IMG/VR virus record: IMGVR_UViG_3300010051_000002
Coordinates: 62,001 to 90,406 of that record
Direction: 5' to 3' (one strand)
From: an uncultured virus (IMG/VR IMGVR_UViG_3300010051_000002)
Taxonomy: Duplodnaviria > Heunggongvirae > Uroviricota > Caudoviricetes
DNA: 28,406 bases
The position numbers and the translations under genes were made by a program. The notes below the pieces were generated by a model, which saw only the letters and a list, made by a program, of their open reading frames with translations, was not told where the DNA came from and did no database searches. Shown here one piece after another: positions 8,289-16,263 of this stretch. Every line of letters begins with the position of its first letter. Positions within the stretch are counted from its first letter, which is position 1.

Positions 8289-8478
8289 AGAAGAAGCGTT
8301 AGTTTGGTTGAATGTCTGTATTAGTAATGAACAATTAGATGAATCAAAACAAATTGCATGGGCAAAAACTAAACAAGATCTTAAAGATGAAGATAAGTTA
8401 GCAATCATAAAAGAATCAGAATGGCGAATAGAAATTTTAAATGAATTAAAAGAATATGTAAAAAGGTATCTAAGATGA
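8281..8478 (+). CDS. Small helical protein (MNKEEAL...), possible paralog of 12875-13036
   Basis: Coupled ORF. Confidence 0.7.
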   Translation: MNKEEALVWLNVCISNEQLDESKQIAWAKTKQDLKDEDKLAIIKESEWRIEILNELKEYVKRYLR

Positions 8479-8588
8479 CTACTAAAGAACAACTTTGTTT
8501 AAATTGTGGAACAAAACATTTTGGCGTTGATCGGAAATTCAAATGTGACAATTGTAAGGTAGAAGGCGAGATTGTTTTTAATGAATAA
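8475..8588 (+). CDS. 37-aa Zn-ribbon micro-protein (CLNCG...CDNC)
   Basis: Read manually; ATGA overlap. Confidence 0.7.
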   Translation: MTTKEQLCLNCGTKHFGVDRKFKCDNCKVEGEIVFNE

Positions 8589-8760
8589 ACTTGATATTGC
8601 AAAACAATTATTTGAATTTGATCAAAAAATTATAAAAGATATTATGGGGATTTTTTATAAGGAGGTATCATTTGATGAATTACCAGTAGAAGCAATAAAG
8701 TACTATCGATTTAAAACAAATAGAATAATTTCAATGGTGAAAAATCTGAATGAAACTTGA
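8581..8760 (+). CDS. Hypothetical protein
   Basis: ATG 8581, coupled to both neighbours. Confidence 0.7.
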   Translation: MNKLDIAKQLFEFDQKIIKDIMGIFYKEVSFDELPVEAIKYYRFKTNRIISMVKNLNET

Positions 8761-9010
8761 ATACATTAAATCAAAAATAGAAAATATCTTTTATGATAAT
8801 GATATTTCTATTGAATTAATTCTAAATTATGATATTAGAAAAAATGATGAAGTGAAAGAATTTGAATTTACAGCAGCAGGAATTAGTAATAATGAATTTG
8901 ATAGTTTATTTGATTTAAAAGAAAGAGAAAATTTAGAAATACATATTGAATGGGAATATGATACAAGATGGCTTGAAATCACATTAACTGAAAAAGAAGG
9001 GCTTAGTTAG
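8750..9010 (+). CDS. Acidic hypothetical protein
   Basis: D/E-rich 86-aa ORF. Confidence 0.7.
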   Translation: MKLEYIKSKIENIFYDNDISIELILNYDIRKNDEVKEFEFTAAGISNNEFDSLFDLKERENLEIHIEWEYDTRWLEITLTEKEGLS

Positions 9011-9023
9011 GTAGTTATTTAAG

Positions 9024-9356
9024 ATGGCAACACTTGTAAATCACTTACAATATATGCAAGTTTCTAAATCAAATAGATCTAGCAAACGTGGTAATAAAAC
9101 AAAATATGATGCAATTTATGATGCTTTATCTTTTTTAAAAGAAACAAACTATGCCTTACCTATATTTCATATAACATCAAATCGAAAATTCCATCCAATT
9201 TTAATTGAAAAAGGTTTGATAGAAAAAGTCAGGGATGTTAAAAATGCTCCACTATCAGGGTATAAAGCAACAACAGATTATTACATTCTATCAGAACGTG
9301 GCAGGGAATATATGAAAGAGTATGAGAAGTTACGAAAAGTGTTAGGGGAAATATGA
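9024..9356 (+). CDS. Winged-helix DNA-binding protein
   Basis: LIEKGLIEKV...YYILSERGREYMKEYEKL: the archaeal wHTH wing and C-terminal helix signature. Confidence 0.75.
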   Translation: MATLVNHLQYMQVSKSNRSSKRGNKTKYDAIYDALSFLKETNYALPIFHITSNRKFHPILIEKGLIEKVRDVKNAPLSGYKATTDYYILSERGREYMKEYEKLRKVLGEI

Positions 9357-9529
9357 ACGTAAAGGAAGAATTTGATAAATTATATAATCAGTATTTTGAG
9401 CAAATAAAATTTATGGGTGATCATTTAAAATTATTAGATCCTGTAACACGATCTGCTTGGTTTAATTTGGTACCAAGTGGCGTTCAAAAATGCATATTAA
9501 GATATTGGAGTGAACAACAAAATGACTAA
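9353..9529 (+). CDS. 58-aa hypothetical protein (MNVKEEFDKLY...)
   Basis: Read manually; ATGA overlap. Confidence 0.7.
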   Translation: MNVKEEFDKLYNQYFEQIKFMGDHLKLLDPVTRSAWFNLVPSGVQKCILRYWSEQQND

Positions 9530-9668
9530 TATACTGCACAAGGTAAAGTGGCAAAATGCTTACATTATTGATGATAGATTAAATCCATTTCAATGTAACA
9601 AATGTGGTGAACGTTTTAAGTTTGCCAAAAGATTAAGAAATCATATTAGGGAAATACATGCATATTGA
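9522..9668 (+). CDS. 48-aa C2H2 zinc-finger protein
   Basis: Read manually: PFQCNKCGERFKFAKRLRNHIREIHAY* fits F-x-C-x2-C-x3-F-x5-L-x2-H-x4-H. Confidence 0.85.
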   Translation: MTNILHKVKWQNAYIIDDRLNPFQCNKCGERFKFAKRLRNHIREIHAY

Positions 9669-10029
9669 TGAAAACGGTTATTGTAAAATTTGGAAAAATG
9701 GTAGATTTGTAAGGTTACATAGAGAAATCTACAAGCATTATCTTAAAATTTTATTTGATGAAGATATAGAAATTCCTGCTAATGTAGATATTCATCATAT
9801 AGATGGTAACAAACAAAATAACGCATTAATTAATTTACAACCTCTTTTACATGGATCACATTCTATTATTTCAAATATTAAAGATTTATCTAGTTATTTT
9901 TGTTTAAGATGTGGTAGTAAGAAAACTTACATTCAACCTAAAAATGATAGACCAAATTGGTATAAATATAAACATGGAGTGATATGTAAAAATTGTTACG
10001 AGTTAATGAGGTATCATAAAAGAAAATGA
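9658..10029 (+). CDS. HNH endonuclease with C-terminal Zn ribbon
   Basis: RLHR...DIHHIDGNKQNNALINLQ...H (HNH_3-type), then CLRC...CKNC. Confidence 0.88.
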   Translation: MHIDENGYCKIWKNGRFVRLHREIYKHYLKILFDEDIEIPANVDIHHIDGNKQNNALINLQPLLHGSHSIISNIKDLSSYFCLRCGSKKTYIQPKNDRPNWYKYKHGVICKNCYELMRYHKRK

Positions 10030-10697
10030 AGATTTTAGATTTATTCTCATGCTGTGGTGGAGCTGGTAAGGGATTATCTGATAATGGTAATAATGATGTA
10101 GTTGGGGTTGATATTACTAATAATCATGAGTACCCATTTATTTTTATTCATTCTGATGTTTTTGAATTACCAATGTCTTTTTTTCAGCACTTTGATCTTA
10201 TATGGGCTAGTCCACCATGCCAGCATTATCTACCTTTGAATAAGTGGCGTGGTAACGAATACCCCGATCTTGTTGGAAAAACTAGGGAGTTATTAAAAAA
10301 GACAAGAATACCATACATAATTGAAAACGTTCCTGGAGCTCCAATAAGGCAGGATCTTTTGTTATGTGGTGAAATGTTTAATGACCTTAGAATAATAAGA
10401 CATAGAATATTTGAATTCGGTAATGGATTTAAAAAACCATACAAACTACCACACAAAAGACACAAAGATACATTCATTGAAAACAATGTAAAGAAATCAA
10501 GATACGCATGTGTGGCAGGTCATGGTGGAAACTCTTATTCATTCACACTTACCGATTGGCAAAAGGCTATGGGTATAGATTGGATTACAAATAAAGAACA
10601 TCTAGCACAGGCAATACCACCAGCATATGCTAATTATATAATAACAAACAAAGTTGAGCATGTTAAAAGACTAGAGGATTTTCTAATACAAACATGA
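10026..10697 (+). CDS. Compact phage-type DNA (cytosine-5) methyltransferase
   Basis: Motif I ILDLFSCCGG, catalytic ASPPCQ, IENV, RHR and QAIPP. Confidence 0.88.
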   Translation: MKILDLFSCCGGAGKGLSDNGNNDVVGVDITNNHEYPFIFIHSDVFELPMSFFQHFDLIWASPPCQHYLPLNKWRGNEYPDLVGKTRELLKKTRIPYIIENVPGAPIRQDLLLCGEMFNDLRIIRHRIFEFGNGFKKPYKLPHKRHKDTFIENNVKKSRYACVAGHGGNSYSFTLTDWQKAMGIDWITNKEHLAQAIPPAYANYIITNKVEHVKRLEDFLIQT

Positions 10698-10837
10698 CAC
10701 AACAATATTGCAACTGTGAAGAATTTAAAGATGCATACAAACGTGGTATTAGAGCATCATGCAATATACCCGAAGTATTAGATCCTTTCAAGTATAAAGA
10801 AGTCTGTGATTTTTGTGGTAAGCGAGTAAAGATTTAA
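10694..10837 (+). CDS. 47-aa Cys-containing micro-protein (YCNC...CDFCG)
   Basis: Read manually; ATGA overlap. Confidence 0.65.
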   Translation: MTQQYCNCEEFKDAYKRGIRASCNIPEVLDPFKYKEVCDFCGKRVKI

Positions 10838-10868
10838 ATGAATTTGTATTTTAATAAGGAGTACAAAA

Positions 10869-11009
10869 ATGAGTCAGAAAGAATTAGGACAGTTAACAAC
10901 GTTATTACTTGAATATGGATTATATAAGAAAAAATCTAATACTCGAACTAGAGAATTACAAGAAGCAATAGGTATTATGATAAAATACATAGGTGATGAT
11001 CTAGAATAA
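10869..11009 (+). CDS. 46-aa hypothetical protein (MSQKELGQ...)
   Basis: Read manually; AAGGAG SD-like sequence and AAAAATG start. Confidence 0.65.
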   Translation: MSQKELGQLTTLLLEYGLYKKKSNTRTRELQEAIGIMIKYIGDDLE

Positions 11010-11632
11010 ATAAATTTGATTGTCTTTTAGTAGATCCAGCATGGGAATATAAAAATAAAAAAACTGGTGGTAGTTTCAAATCAGGAGCTTCACAGAAATA
11101 CGAAACCATGAGTATTGTAGATATTCAGAACCTATACGATAATTTACAACTAGACAAGTTAATGGATGATGATTGTTGTTTGTTCTTATGGACTACAAAC
11201 AGTATGCTACCACACGCTATATGTGCTTTAGAACTATGGGGATTTGAATATAAGACAATGATTACATGGATCAAGCCTAACTTCGGTATGGGATTCTGGT
11301 ATAGAAATAAAACAGAACATATGTTATTTGGAATTAAAGGCAAAGTAAAACCATTTAGATTTGCATATGAAAATATATTCTATACTCAGAATCAATTGAA
11401 ACATTCACAAAAACCACAGAAAAGTTACAGGATTGTAGAACAGGCTGCACAAATGGTTGCATTTGATAAAGATAGAGGTGGTATTAATATACTGGAATTA
11501 TTCGCAAGAAAACAACATAAATCATTAAATGATAGTATACGCTGGGTATGCCTGGGTAAAGAAATATCTAGAAATACTCTAGATGTAGATGTTCAAAATC
11601 TTATATCTTTAAATGCAAATATTACAAAATAA
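11006..11632 (+). CDS. MT-A70 family N6-adenine methyltransferase (probable ATA start)
   Basis: In-frame FDCLLVDPAW catalytic motif upstream of the first ATG (11108); LFLWTTN, WGFEYKT, WIK, EHMLFG, HSQKP, LELFAR. Confidence 0.88.
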   Translation: MNKFDCLLVDPAWEYKNKKTGGSFKSGASQKYETMSIVDIQNLYDNLQLDKLMDDDCCLFLWTTNSMLPHAICALELWGFEYKTMITWIKPNFGMGFWYRNKTEHMLFGIKGKVKPFRFAYENIFYTQNQLKHSQKPQKSYRIVEQAAQMVAFDKDRGGINILELFARKQHKSLNDSIRWVCLGKEISRNTLDVDVQNLISLNANITK

Positions 11633-11636
11633 TAAC

Positions 11637-11822
11637 ATGGTACTTGTAGATATGCTAATTGGTGGAATCATTGCCCTAGCGATAGGTATAATCCTGTATG
11701 CTATTAAAAACTGGTTACCACCAGTGGCACAAACTGTTGCAGCAATAGGTGGAATAATCCTAGCAGTGATTGGTGTTATACTGATAGTACTTTCTGTGGT
11801 ACTACCGTATATACCAACATAA
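11637..11822 (+). CDS. Small 2-TM membrane protein
   Basis: Two Gly/Ile-rich hydrophobic helices separated by KNWLPP; T-run terminator follows. Confidence 0.75.
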   Translation: MVLVDMLIGGIIALAIGIILYAIKNWLPPVAQTVAAIGGIILAVIGVILIVLSVVLPYIPT

Positions 11823-11860
11823 TTTTTTTATTCTAGTTTGTTTAATAAAAATTACCTTCT

Positions 11861-11972
11861 CATCATGGGCTAACGGTTGGTAGATCCCTTCGGGCTAAGC
11901 TACGGGAACTTAACGGGAACTTAACAAAAGGAAATGATGGTTGTTGATCGGACAGCAACCAGATCCTTTTTT
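11861..11972 (+). other. GC-rich non-coding element: short repeats plus hairpin and T-run
   Basis: GGGCTAA x2 (11867, 11892); 11-bp tandem ACGGGAACTTA x2 (11902-11923); hairpin GGTTGTTG/CAGCAACC (11939-11960) followed by a T-run. Confidence 0.55.
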
Positions 11973-11975
11973 ATT

Positions 11976-12089
11976 TTACTTCTTTTTTATTGCTTTTTTT
12001 GTCGAACCTTTCTTTTTAACAACAGAAGGTGTTTCTTTAGGTGATGAAGCAGTTTCTTTTTTTGCTATTTTTTTAATATTTTTTACCAT
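11976..12089 (-). CDS. 37-aa Lys-rich basic peptide MVKNIKKIAKKETASSPKETPSVVKKKGSTKKAIKKK
   Basis: Read manually; ATG 12089 with a divergent AT-rich promoter region upstream. Confidence 0.55.
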   Translation of the reverse strand: MVKNIKKIAKKETASSPKETPSVVKKKGSTKKAIKKK

Positions 12090-12145
12090 AACACGATTTA
12101 GAATATACTAAAATTTAAGTATATTTGTAAATATTATAAGTTTTA

Positions 12146-12379
12146 ATGAATTCTGAATTAAAAAAGACACAAAGAATAAGGGATGTACTATTTGTTTCAG
12201 TTCTTGTAATCTATGGTATATTTGCTGCAATAACAGCATACTCAATTGCGAATGGAGTTTTTGCAGTTGAAATACTATTAATGCGGTTAACCTGTGCTGT
12301 TTTAATATTGGTTATCTATTTGTTATCTCTTAAGATTATAAAAGCACATGAAGGATGTATAAAACGTATGAATTTCTAA
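12146..12379 (+). CDS. Small 2-TM membrane protein
   Basis: Two hydrophobic segments. Confidence 0.7.
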   Translation: MNSELKKTQRIRDVLFVSVLVIYGIFAAITAYSIANGVFAVEILLMRLTCAVLILVIYLLSLKIIKAHEGCIKRMNF

Positions 12380-12418
12380 ATCTTTTTATATCTAATAATT
12401 CTAATAGAATATACAAAA

Positions 12419-12697
12419 ATGAGCAATCAACAAGAAATGCAAGAACAAGTAGAAAGAAAAGGATTGTATACAGGAAACGTAATTTTGGAATTAATACCAG
12501 ATAGCAAGGGGGTTAAGCCTGCTTTTAAGGTAAACAACCTGGCAACAGAGAAGGAAATGGATGATGCACTGACTAATTTTATGTATCTTTCAAAAAATGT
12601 ACATGTAATTTTACATGAAAATGATCTTCCAATTACCTATGAACAGGCAGTAGAAGAAGCAAAGAAGAAAACAAAGGGTGAAAAGAATGTTGAGTAA
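12419..12697 (+). CDS. Hypothetical protein, first gene of an operon
   Basis: TATA box TTTTTATA ~30 nt upstream; AAAAATG start. Confidence 0.8.
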   Translation: MSNQQEMQEQVERKGLYTGNVILELIPDSKGVKPAFKVNNLATEKEMDDALTNFMYLSKNVHVILHENDLPITYEQAVEEAKKKTKGEKNVE

Positions 12698-12878
12698 TCC
12701 ACCTAATTTTAGAGTTGGCAAATGTGAGATTAGATTTGATAAAACCAATGTTATTTTAGATTCCTATGGTGTAACCAATTCTGAACGTTTTACGGTTGTT
12801 TTTCCCAAAGCAAGCTGGCTTAGAGTTGCACAGGACATTATTAAAGAATTCAAGCAAGATAGTGAGAAATTAAAATGA
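12687..12878 (+). CDS. Hypothetical protein
   Basis: ATG 12687 preceded by an archaeal SD (GGGTGA). Confidence 0.7.
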   Translation: MLSNPPNFRVGKCEIRFDKTNVILDSYGVTNSERFTVVFPKASWLRVAQDIIKEFKQDSEKLK

Positions 12879-13036
12879 ATAGAGAAGAAGCAATAAAACA
12901 TCTTGAGGAAATGGTTAATGCTTATATTGGTATGGCAAGACTAACAAGATCAATATCAAATAGTCCAGATGGAGTACAGAATAAAATATTCTATACTGTT
13001 GACGTACTAGATTATATCAAGGAAAATTTAAAATGA
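12875..13036 (+). CDS. 53-aa helical protein (MNREEAIKHL...VLDYIKENLK)
   Basis: Read manually; ATGA overlaps on both sides. Confidence 0.75.
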   Translation: MNREEAIKHLEEMVNAYIGMARLTRSISNSPDGVQNKIFYTVDVLDYIKENLK

Positions 13037-13236
13037 CACTTTGGAACGGTGATACCCCTATTATGTGCGAATATACTGGTTGTCGTAAAGGTGCAATAGA
13101 AATTAAATTTATAAGAGCTGGATTATTTGGCAATGCTAATCATACTTATTTTCAATTAGAATTACCTGTATGTGGTGATCATATGAAGGATGTAGTAAAC
13201 GGTGTATTTGTTTTAGAGGAAGTAAAGCATAGATGA
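13033..13236 (+). CDS. Small Zn-binding protein (CEYTGC...CGDH)
   Basis: Cx4C...CxxH motif. Confidence 0.75.
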   Translation: MTLWNGDTPIMCEYTGCRKGAIEIKFIRAGLFGNANHTYFQLELPVCGDHMKDVVNGVFVLEEVKHR

Positions 13237-13949
13237 ATGATAAAGAAATTGATCAATTAGAAAATGACATAAATGAATGGTTGAAAAGAATGGATGCATC
13301 AAAGTATGGAGTAGCAGCCAACTTTTCAAATTATGTTCCAGTTCAAAAGAATTCAGATATTACTAATAAAGATGTGAACAGTCTTTTACATTCACTCGGT
13401 GAAACTACGGAACGCTTACAAATGCCTAAAGATAAACTAGCAAAATTAGAAGAAGAAGAGAATAAAGGATTGTATGGTATTACTGATGAAAAGATGGCAA
13501 ATATCTTACAAGGGTTATCAAACAAATTCGTAGAGCTTTTAGAGCAAAACGAGCTTAACAGATTACCAAATGAAATAGTAATAAAATTAGTAACAATTTT
13601 TGCCAGTTTTATTATTGTTGAAATAGTCAGGCATACGCAAGGAAGTATATCAGCTCAGATAAACGCAATGTCAGCAGTATGCAGTAATATCTTACAGGTA
13701 TTTGATATGTCGATAGAAGAATGTAATCCAGTGGTTAAAAAAGCAATGCTCAAGACTTTACCGATAGGAGTTAAGGCGTTAATTGTTGATAAAACCATTG
13801 AAAAAATTGGAAACGTAGAAGATGGTAAGGTACGATCTAGAATGTTTTTAGAAGAAGTAATGAAAGCAATCGAAGAAGCAAACAAAGAAGAAAAAAAGAT
13901 TGATGATAATATAAGGAAGTTTTGGAAAGATGACATATATAAAAAATAA
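13233..13949 (+). CDS. Hypothetical alpha-helical protein
   Basis: 238-aa coupled ORF. Confidence 0.8.
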   Translation: MNDKEIDQLENDINEWLKRMDASKYGVAANFSNYVPVQKNSDITNKDVNSLLHSLGETTERLQMPKDKLAKLEEEENKGLYGITDEKMANILQGLSNKFVELLEQNELNRLPNEIVIKLVTIFASFIIVEIVRHTQGSISAQINAMSAVCSNILQVFDMSIEECNPVVKKAMLKTLPIGVKALIVDKTIEKIGNVEDGKVRSRMFLEEVMKAIEEANKEEKKIDDNIRKFWKDDIYKK

Positions 13950-14109
13950 AGAAAAATACAAGCATACTTCAAAGGGTAATACAATTATCTCTTTATACTG
14001 TCCATCCAAGCTATTAGAAGCGATTGATAAAGAACGTGGGTTAGTATCTAGATCGGTTTTCTTGGTTGATATTATATCAAAGAAACTTGGAGTGAAGTTA
14101 GATGACTGA
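13930..14109 (+). CDS. 59-aa ribbon-helix-helix protein
   Basis: Read manually: TIISLYCPSKLLEAIDKERGLVSRSVFLVDII, paralogous to 1128-1310. Confidence 0.8.
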   Translation: MTYIKNKEKYKHTSKGNTIISLYCPSKLLEAIDKERGLVSRSVFLVDIISKKLGVKLDD

Positions 14110-14233
14110 AAACAAACAAAAAGGTAATTGTTTTTTCTGTGGTAGTATTGTTGAACTACCAATAAACTATACTCCAATGTTCAAAAGAGAAATTGTATGT
14201 AAAGCATGTGAAGAAAAGTATGAAGGCATATGA
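14102..14233 (+). CDS. 43-aa Zn-finger micro-protein (CFFCG...CKAC)
   Basis: Read manually; overlaps both neighbours. Confidence 0.75.
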   Translation: MTENKQKGNCFFCGSIVELPINYTPMFKREIVCKACEEKYEGI

Positions 14234-14466
14234 CTAGAGGTGTTTATTACAGATTCGGTTGCTTATGCATGTTAAAAGGATGCAATAAAAAGGCTGAGTA
14301 TATGGTATCATATCGTGATGGGATGGACAATAAAGTACCAACTCATTACTTTTGTATAGATCATATTAAACAAGAATCTCATAAAATACAAAATAGCGGT
14401 ATTGTTTATGTCATTGAAGTAACAAATCTTAGAGATATAGAATTAGGACTAGCTGAAGGATGGTAA
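14230..14466 (+). CDS. Small Zn-binding protein (CMLKGC...FCIDH)
   Basis: Cx4C...CxxH motif, same type as 13033-13236. Confidence 0.75.
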   Translation: MTRGVYYRFGCLCMLKGCNKKAEYMVSYRDGMDNKVPTHYFCIDHIKQESHKIQNSGIVYVIEVTNLRDIELGLAEGW

Positions 14467-14470
14467 AAAA

Positions 14471-14761
14471 ATGAACGATTGGTATGTTTTTTGTAATGAT
14501 CATAGTAAGGTTGTAGATGGCAAAAAAGTTAAATTAATTTTTAAATGTAAAGACAGCAAAGAAGCAGATCTTGTATGGTATAAACTTCATCTTTTAAGAA
14601 AGCAATTAAAATTATCACATATTTATACAACTTTACGTTTTCCTGCTGTATATAAAACAAAAAAGTTTGCTGTATTTATGTATGATCGATTAACAAGTCC
14701 AGATATGTATGATCCACATTTTCCAATATTGGATTTAGAAAAAGGTGTACGATGGAATTAA
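14471..14761 (+). CDS. Hypothetical protein
   Basis: 96-aa ORF with an A-rich start context. Confidence 0.75.
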   Translation: MNDWYVFCNDHSKVVDGKKVKLIFKCKDSKEADLVWYKLHLLRKQLKLSHIYTTLRFPAVYKTKKFAVFMYDRLTSPDMYDPHFPILDLEKGVRWN

Positions 14762-14798
14762 CAAACTATTTTTTAATTAGTTTTTTTTATCTATATTC

Positions 14799-15005
14799 TT
14801 GCACTTTAATTATGGTTATACCAAACAACCAACAGAACCAGTAATTAAAATAAGATTCGTAAATGTGCTAGAAGCAAAAAGGGCAAACAAAGTATTAGGT
14901 AAAAACGAAGTATACCCTATCAAGAATTTAGATATGCATGTAACTCAAGGGCAGTATGACTTGTTGCAAAAATATTTTATTAACTTTAGATTAATAGACG
15001 AATAG
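14799..15005 (+). CDS. Hypothetical protein
   Basis: TTG start, uncertain. Confidence 0.55.
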   Translation: MHFNYGYTKQPTEPVIKIRFVNVLEAKRANKVLGKNEVYPIKNLDMHVTQGQYDLLQKYFINFRLIDE

Positions 15006-15182
15006 ATGAAAAAGAGAAGCAAAAAAGAGGTTGATAGATTACTCAAACAACTAGATGAAATGAAAAGTAAAGAACATGAACAGGCAGCTTGTTCTATTCC
15101 AGGTCACATTGTTACTTACGAAAAAAATGAGGATGGAAATTATAATGCTATATGTTATTCTTGCAAGGTTTACCCATTATAA
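15006..15182 (+). CDS. 58-aa protein with C-x4-H...CxxC motif
   Basis: Read manually: MKKRSKKEVDRLL...ACSIPGH...ICYSCKVYPL. Confidence 0.65.
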   Translation: MKKRSKKEVDRLLKQLDEMKSKEHEQAACSIPGHIVTYEKNEDGNYNAICYSCKVYPL

Positions 15183-15269
15183 AAGCAAATTTTAATCTTT
15201 CAAATTTCTTTAAACATACTTTTTCTATACCTTAAATAAGTAGTATTTTAAATGTACGTTTAGGAAAAA

Positions 15270-15635
15270 ATGATTCGGATTATAAAATATCTTGTTATTG
15301 TTATGTTTTTAGGTTTTATGGCAATAAGTGTTTTTATAATGTTTGATAATTATCATTTAGCAGTTGAAAAAGGAGTTGCACAGACAATTGTTTGTGAACA
15401 GGTTGAAACAACAGTTCAGGGGAGTTCACAGGTAAGATCACTTGAAACATGTTATACTTATGATCCACAGCTTTTATTTTACGGTCAAATAGGAATTATT
15501 GCAGTATTAATATTATCAATGAAATATGTATACAATCTTGCTGTATCTTATGTTGTTAGGTATAGAAAGAAAAGAGCAGAAGAGGAAAATACACTGGATG
15601 CGTTAAGAAAAAATAAAAAACATCTTAGGTTTTAG
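15270..15635 (+). CDS. 2-TM membrane protein with a Cys-paired external loop
   Basis: N-terminal and central TM segments, two Cys between them, basic tail. Confidence 0.75.
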   Translation: MIRIIKYLVIVMFLGFMAISVFIMFDNYHLAVEKGVAQTIVCEQVETTVQGSSQVRSLETCYTYDPQLLFYGQIGIIAVLILSMKYVYNLAVSYVVRYRKKRAEEENTLDALRKNKKHLRF

Positions 15636-15882
15636 ATTTAATATCTTCTTTTGTTTCCGTTACTACCTGTTTAATATTTTGCTGATCTACTTGTATATTT
15701 TTAATCTTCTGTTCCACCTGTTCTACTCTTTTCAGTATTTCATTATTTTTTTCTTCGCTGATTTGTGCATCTTTTCTTGCGATTATATGGGTAGATAACG
15801 CAATTATCAGTAGTGTTATAACCCCACAACCGATTATTACCTGTCCTAACGTTATATACCAGTGATCACCGAATAACATCAT
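15625..15882 (-). CDS. Single-TM coiled-coil protein
   Basis: N-terminal TM followed by heptad repeats. Confidence 0.7.
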   Translation of the reverse strand: MMLFGDHWYITLGQVIIGCGVITLLIIALSTHIIARKDAQISEEKNNEILKRVEQVEQKIKNIQVDQQNIKQVVTETKEDIKSKT

Positions 15883-15930
15883 AGGTATTTTTCTTAAAGG
15901 TAATTAATAAGAGAATCACTATTTTGTATT

Positions 15931-16263
15931 ATGCCAAAATCAGGAAGTTGTGAAACTCCGTATGAGAAAAGACAGAGAGAATTAGATTATAAAAGAAAGA
16001 CACAACCAGCAAGACCGATTACAACGGAAGAAGAAGAAGGACAGAAAGCAAATGAAATATTAATGAAAATGACAAGTAATCTAAATCCAAATGTGGAAAT
16101 TCAGGAAATAGAAAGGGTAGAATTAGAACCCAAACCATTTGAAATTGCTCCTGATAATCCAGAAAGAAGATTATTAGAAGAGCATCTAAAAAAAGAACAA
16201 GAGAAAAAAAGTTTTAAATTCTGCCCACACTGTGGGGGAAATTTAGACTACAAGTTAGATTAG
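15931..16263 (+). CDS. Charged protein with C-terminal Zn-ribbon half-site (KFCPHCGGNL)
   Basis: FCPxCG motif. Confidence 0.7.
   Translation: MPKSGSCETPYEKRQRELDYKRKTQPARPITTEEEEGQKANEILMKMTSNLNPNVEIQEIERVELEPKPFEIAPDNPERRLLEEHLKKEQEKKSFKFCPHCGGNLDYKLD

Noticed and set aside
9658..10697. HNH plus C5-MTase as a restriction-modification pair
   Set aside because: The HNH is a small homing-endonuclease type common in viruses; adjacency alone is insufficient.
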